From contig NC_043005.1 of NCBI RefSeq assembly GCF_006345805.1, positions 28,892,001-28,956,000 on the forward strand: a stretch of 64,000 nucleotides of DNA, given 5' to 3'. The notes below the pieces were generated by a model. That model searched no databases and had not been told where the DNA came from. It worked only from the letters and a program-made list of their open reading frames with translations. The stretch comes from Octopus sinensis (lineage: Eukaryota). The position numbers were made by a program, and so were the translations under genes. Of this stretch, positions 57,747-64,000 are shown piece after piece. Position 1 is the stretch's first letter; each line of letters begins with the position of its first letter.

Positions 57747-58677
57747 TGGTGGGATGCTAGTGCATCTCAAGATACAAGTAGGTATGGGAGAGGATTGCAT
57801 AGGAGGGGTGGAGTTTCATAAATGTGAGGGGAGATGATTAAAGATTGGGGTAGAGGTGAATGTAAAGAATGATGGTGAGAGATACAGGTGTGGCTCAGAG
57901 GGCCTACAGTAAGTGTAGTGTGATGGTAGATATGAGAGGACATTGACAGTGATAGCAGTTAAGAGGAAGAACAATGGCTGAAGGCACAGAAAGAAGGTGA
58001 TTGGTGGAAATAGTGTGGGCAGGGATGATAGAAATGGGAGAGGTTTGGAAGGTGTTGAAAGGGGGAAGTAACCAGAAGGAAGGGATGTAATATTCTGCTC
58101 TCAGATAATTACAGCAGCCTGAGTAGTACCATAGATAGGGAAGTTATTGCTGTTAGGGATGGGGGAGGGAAATGGCTGAAAGGGCAGAGAGAGATGGAGA
58201 AGAGGGGGTAGGACCCCCCACATGTACAAGCATGGCCATGGTGGTTTTAGGATTGCTGTGATGAATGGATCTTCTTGATGGATTCCACACATTTCTGTCA
58301 ATCCAATTCACTCACAAGGCATTGGTCAGCTCAGGGTTATAGTAGGAAACATTTCCTGAAGGTACCATTCAGTTGGATTGAACCCAAAGACACACTGTTG
58401 CAAAGTGAGCTTCTTAACCACACAGCCATGCTTGTACCTGTCTATCTACACTTTCATTAAGCTAATCTCTTTGCTGTACACTAACTAGTCATACTTGAGC
58501 CATACCTTAGTATAACCATTCTTTAGATTAACTCATGACCTCACTTCACAAAGATGGATTAATTTACAAATCAACACATATGTATTCCCTTTCCTGACTT
58601 TTGTACATAATTCTAGGTACTGTACGTACACCTTTGGTGAGTTGTACTGCACCTGAACACTATACACAATAATTTCA

Positions 58678-58797
58678 CCACCACCACCGCCACCACCCCC
58701 ACCCCCATCATCATCATCATCATCATAATCATCATCATCATAATCATCATCATCATAATCATCATCATCATAATCATCATCATCACCATCAACACTA

Positions 58798-58850
<53 letters not shown>
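58678..58850 (+). repeat. Compound (CAC)n/(CAT)n/(ATT)n trinucleotide repeat
   Basis: Directly visible. Similar arrays at 11420-11490, 11778-11845, 59515-59582 and 59950-60085. Confidence 0.9.
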
Positions 58851-58851
<1 letters not shown>

Positions 58852-59544
58852 TGTAAATTTTTACTTATCTTACAAACTATGGCACAAGATTTGAATCAGA
58901 TCATCAAAACAACATAAAACTAAATTCTAGCATCAGAATTATTGGTGCTGTTTGAAATTTTCGTAACAATGACAACCAGATTGTAGGAATTTCTTTGCAA
59001 GAATTTATTTAACGCAGTTTGTGGATGTAAACAAGTTGTTTATAAAATAAAAATGATAATAAAGATAAGAAATCATAAAAGTTATTCAAGAAATGTTCAA
59101 CTATTGAAATGAGATTATTTAGAAAAATACTTCATTTGGCAATTCTCCTAGTTTACCAAGGCTTTGTTAGAATTTTCATAAACCTATATGTGCAACTTTA
59201 TTTATTTCTCTTCACTCTCACTTTCACTTCCACTCTCATTCTCATTCCTATCTTCATTTCTCCCTCCCTCACTGTTTGTCTGTCTACCTGCCTGTCTGCC
59301 TGCTTGTTTGACAGTCTGTTTCTCTCTCTCTTAGCCTCCATCACTGTATCATTATCCAGGTTCATTCTCTATCACAACTACCCGGCCATAATAATAATGA
59401 TAATAATTTTCCATACAATAACCATCAGAGCATCACAACAAATCACAGCACATACCTAAGGCACACAGAGCTGCGCTCGATAGTGAAGTGAAAGCACGCT
59501 ATAAAAATAATACTGAATGATAATAATAATAATAATAATAATAA

Positions 59545-59575
<31 letters not shown>

Positions 59576-59583
59576 AAGAAGAA

Positions 59584-59947
59584 CTAGCACTATGACCCGG
59601 CAACGCCGGGTCATAGTGCTAGTGCATGCATATACAGCTGCGTGCGTGCGCACATACACACAAGTACTGTCCAAATCTCCAACCAATCACATACAGCTAG
59701 CTGGCATTCAATTGGCGTATCAAGTTTTGGGCATTTTGATTGGGTTTTGGATAGAAAATTCACCAAAAATCACTTCTATTGATTTTTTTAATGGCTTTGT
59801 TGGGTGACTGGGGAAATGTAAAGATGTGCACGACCACCCTTGGACGGTTTTAAATGACCATAGAAAGTGCGAGCCCTCTAACTGAAAAATTGTGGATTTG
59901 TATAAAGGACACACACGCAGACATTTTGCCATTTATATATAGAGAGA
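59584..59947 (-). mobile_element. Non-autonomous Helitron
   Basis: 5' end A|TCTCTCTATATATAAATGGC; 3' perfect hairpin actagcactatgacccggc-aac-gccgggtcatagtgctagt ending CTAG|T. Confidence 0.8.
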
Positions 59948-59967
59948 TGATAATGATAATGTTAGTG

Positions 59968-60020
<53 letters not shown>

Positions 60021-60036
60021 TATGGTGATGGTGATA

Positions 60037-60083
<47 letters not shown>

Positions 60084-60539
60084 AAAAATAACAACTCCTC
60101 TCCGCCCATTCCCATTACAAAGACATTTAATATTTAAAGCTTTTCCAATCCTTTTGATGACAAAGCTCCGGGACTCAAATATGCAAATTAAGCTATCAAC
60201 CATGGTAATAGCTTGATTCTTGACTGCTTTTATATAGTACCTGAATACTCTATGCTATCAACTGAGGGATGGAGATTAGGTGCATCTTCTGTGACAAACA
60301 GTCAACAAATTGAGAAAACAGCCCATTAGAAAACTCCACACATTAAAAGCATAGTAGGAATATGTTTACGTTATTATGGTTTGTTATCACAGCTAAGGCT
60401 TTCTAGTATTTGAATTTATTTCATTACCTCTTGTTTACACTGTGTTGTCTGTAATATATACCAAAGTAAGCTAAAAATTATAAGCACTCTTGTTTCTGTA
60501 GTTTATTGAAACAAAAGCAGGAGTTGAACAATTACATAA

Positions 60540-61240
60540 TTTTTTGACATAGTCTCCTGGCTTTTTAATGCTCTTTTACCAGTGGTCCACAAACTTACTC
60601 ATTCCATCACAGAAGAAGGTTTTTGGCAGGTCACACAGTCATTTATGCACCACTTTCTTTGTCTGTAGCAAATTGACAAACTTGTAAAGGATGTTTGAGC
60701 TGGCCAAAGAGGTGGTGGTCAGAAGGGGCAAGATCTGGACTGTATGCAGAGTGTTCCATCAACTCGAAACTCAATTTTTCAATGGTTTCAATGGTGTGGG
60801 TGGCCGTATGCAGATATGCATTGTCCTGCAACAATAACACTTGCTTTGACAGCAGACATCAGTGTTTGGTAAAAATTGCTGGTTTCAGTCTGTTGGTCAG
60901 CATTTCACTGTAGCCTACACTAGTGACTGTAGATGCCTTTTCCAGGCAATGTTCCAGTATAAGCCTTTTTGCATCCCAAAAAATGGTTAGCATCAATTTT
61001 TCTGCAGAAAGATGAGTCTTGAATTTCTTGCCACTGGTGATTCTGGGGGTTTCCCCTTCATACTCTGCCTTTTGGATTCCAGTTCGAAGTGATGGACTTA
61101 GGTCTCATCTCCTGTAACTATTCTCTCCAAAAAAGCTTCGCCTTCATTGTAGTGGTTAAGCAAGTACAGATAGATCTCCACACAATTACGCTTATGCACT
61201 TCTGTAAGCTCTCTTGGAACCCATCTTAGACACTCTATGG
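60540..61240 (-). mobile_element. mariner (DD34D) transposase relic
   Basis: Translation LLQDNAYLHTA...[20 protein letters not shown] matches the mariner HDNARPH and YSPDLAPSDYHLF motifs. Confidence 0.85.
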
Positions 61241-61569
61241 AAGTAAAGCATTTCTTACAATTGTTTCAACAATAACAAATAAAAAAAGGCCACAATACAT
61301 CAGGTGATTTTTCTTTGTATTCTGCCCAATCATATAGGTGTATTTGTGTGATCGCATGATTTGAATGGAAATTTCCATGCAGTTTCCCACCAAAATATGA
61401 TCATAAATTGATGTGTGGAAAAGACAAATCAGAGAGGAGAGAAGCTTAACAGAGTTTATTAGAGATATTCTAGGTGTGTTGACAGCCATGGTAAAAGAAC
61501 ATCTCATCAACTATGAAGACTTATTGTCTTATTCTCTCAGTACATAGACACACTCTTGTCATTCAGCTT

Positions 61570-61880
61570 ATCTCTCAAGAGATAAGGGACATGAGACATT
61601 CTCAAGATCAGCAAAGGCATACTGCAGCATGTCAGATTGAGTCTCAAGATAGAAAGGAGATGAGACTTTCCCAAGATCAGTAAAGCATACTGAATCATTA
61701 AAACAACATTTAGCACACCAGATTACACAGAGGTCCAATAGAATAGCTCTCAGAAACAGACCATGTACAAATTCATTCTTCACATCTCCTGTCCAAATTG
61801 GTGTCCTAAATTCAAATTGTTGTTTCTGCAAAGCTCTAAAATTTACTCCACAAATGTTTTGTCATCAATGCTGCACTTTC
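61570..61880 (+). mobile_element. Probable Helitron RepHel N-terminal relic
   Basis: Charged repeats (MRHSQDQQRH...EMRLSQDQ) followed by SPVQIGVLNSNCCFCKALKF...CC. This resembles the IGxMxxxCxxCxAxKF...CC zinc motif of Helitron replicases. Confidence 0.5.
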
Positions 61881-61963
61881 CCACATCACCTGTTTCAACA
61901 TAACTGTAATATACAAACTATGCCATTTTAATCCTTAGCAATGCCAGGTTTCTCTGCTAGTTT

Positions 61964-62000
<37 letters not shown>

Positions 62001-62099
62001 ACACAACACACACACACACAAACAACCACACACACACACACACACCACACACACACACACACCACACACACACACCACACACACACACACCACATATAT

Positions 62100-62500
62100 A
62101 TATTATAAATCTGAAATGCGAAAAGTTTGTTTGTTTGTTTGTTTGTCTGGTTTTGGCATTGAGAACAGGTTAAAGGCCATTAGATCCCGTCGGATTGACT
62201 CCAAAATTTACAGGGACATGTAAAATGAGGTGAGGATGCCAGTGGGCATCTTAAAACGTGTCGTTGCTAGGGCCAAAAACGCACTTTGACAAGTCTACTC
62301 TCATTCTTTTATGTATCTGTCTTCCTCTGTCACTCACTCTCTTTCCTCCCTTCCCATCACTTTCTATATATAACGTTGTTTCACGATGTCTAACTCCCTT
62401 ACCTTCACTTTCTCTTTATAACGTCGTGTCACGGCGTTCTATATCTCCTCCTCCCCGCCTTCAACAGTGCTTTCACACTCTCTCTCTCTCTCTACGTCTG
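62100..62500 (+). mobile_element. Helitron-like 5' terminal region
   Basis: tattataaatctgaaatgcgaaaagtttgtttgtttg resembles the ATTATAAATGCGAAAG-(GTTT)n 5' ends of non-autonomous animal Helitrons. No 3' CTRR end was identified. Confidence 0.4.
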
Positions 62501-62976
62501 TCTGCATTCATAGAGAGAATTATCATTGCCACCACCACCACCACCACACAATCATGAGAACAAATATTATGAATCAGATATTTATTGGGTTAATTTATAT
62601 ATGTGTGTATGTGTGTTTTCTATATATAAATATGTATATATAATGTATATATACAAAGTGTATATATCTGTATTTATGTATATTAAACTTTTTAATACTT
62701 TTTGATAGTTATATATATTTTTTAAAAAATTGTAAATATAAATTAATAATTTTAATTTTAAATTTAAATAATTTAAATTTTTCAATTTTATATTTTATAT
62801 ATTTTGTATATTATATTTTTATTTTTATGTTTGGTTTATGTTTTTCACTGCTTGATTTGCCTATTAGTGGTTTTATCTCTAATTTAATTTATACATATAT
62901 ATATATATATATATATATTTTGTATACATTTGTATTTATAATGCGTGCACACACACACACACACATATATACATAT

Positions 62977-63018
<42 letters not shown>

Positions 63019-63829
63019 GTGCATTATGTGGTTGGTTGAGCTGAAAATATGCACACCTATGTTAAAAGTGCTGGCAAGTTTGCATGACAACTATTTTTTT
63101 CCTGAAATGAAAGGCGTGACCTCTAGGACAAAATTCCTCATCTTATCAAATGTGGCCTCAGTAGACCCAAATGAAATCGGGTTATATTAACCAAAATGTG
63201 AAAAGGGGTCTAAATGGGGCTGGAAGGGGACTAAAATTTAAAGGAGCGAGTGTTTAGGAATTCTCTGTTACATCAAGCTAAAAAATTTGCGCCAGCCTTT
63301 TAATCATCAATGTGTTGCCGTCCATGATGAAGAAGTTTTGAATGCTTGCCATGGTGACTCTACTGCCGTGAGAAAGAATCACTTCAAAACTTGGTGTTTA
63401 GGAATTTTCTTTTACATCAAGTTCAAAATTTTATGCCAGCTGTTAAACTATCAATACGTTGCTGTCCGTTGTTAAGAAATGCCAGCCATGGTGACTCTAC
63501 TATCCTCAGATTCTATCCCTTCAAACTTTGGTTTCCAATATTTTATTATTTTTATTCAGCCCGCAAGTTCGTCTGTCCCTTTTAAATGTTAGTGTTTTGC
63601 TGTCTGCCTTGAAGCAGACCTTTCCGTTGTCACTGCCTGATATTTATGATTGATCTTTCAAAATATTTTATTTCTCAACTTATTCAAGATCTTTTGTTGT
63701 TTATAAATGGGAGAGAGATAGATAAAGATAGAGAGTAAGAGAAAGCAAGGGAGAGTCCGAGAGAAAAGAAAAGTAAGAGAGTGGGAAAGTGAGAGAGAAA
63801 GGAGAGAGAAACAAAGAGGGAGAATCATC

Positions 63830-64000
63830 ATCATCATCATCGTTTAACGTCTGTTTTCCGTGCTAGCATGGGTTGGACAGTTTGACCGAGGTCTGGGAAG
63901 CCAGGAGGCTGCACCAGGCTCCAGTCTAATCTGGCAGTGTTTCTACAGGTGAATGCCCTTCTTAACGCCAACCACTCTGTGAGTGTAGTGGGTGCTTTTT
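63830..64000 (-). mobile_element. RTE 3' tail repeat (family D), cut by the window edge
   Basis: Plus strand reads catcatcatcgtttaacgtctgttttccgtgctagcatgggttggac...gcccttcttaacgccaaccactc. Confidence 0.8.

Noticed and set aside
57780-58230. Strongly purine-rich tract as a homolog of the pyrimidine-rich tract at 19080-19490
   Set aside because: Only the composition is similar; no alignable blocks could be found by eye.

Overview
AT-rich, microsatellite-dense eukaryotic DNA. The repeat landscape looks like an octopus/coleoid cephalopod genome; this is inferred from repeat style, not from a database match. One complete protein-coding gene can be assembled by hand: PIGW/GWT1 (GPI inositol acyltransferase) on the minus strand, 13130-36571. 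It has 7 coding exons, all introns GT-AG with matching phases, and a 1491-nt CDS (496 aa plus stop). A CpG-rich promoter-like region lies just upstream. A possible second gene runs off the left edge on the minus strand. The rest is mostly decayed mobile DNA: RTE, CR1/L2, R4/Dong-like and Penelope (RT plus GIY-YIG) retroelements, at least four tRNA-headed SINE families, mariner relics, TTAA-flanked piggyBac-type MITEs, an 8-bp-TSD MITE, non-autonomous Helitrons and long foldback palindromes. The most interesting lead is a set of decayed minimal type-I hammerhead-ribozyme-like motifs with palindromic helix III. One sits in a tRNA-headed SINE-like element (8290-8500), and two more sit in a second repeat family. 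No CRISPR array, rRNA or intact tRNA gene was seen. All coordinates and alignments were read by eye; repeat boundaries are approximate unless a TSD or TIR is given.
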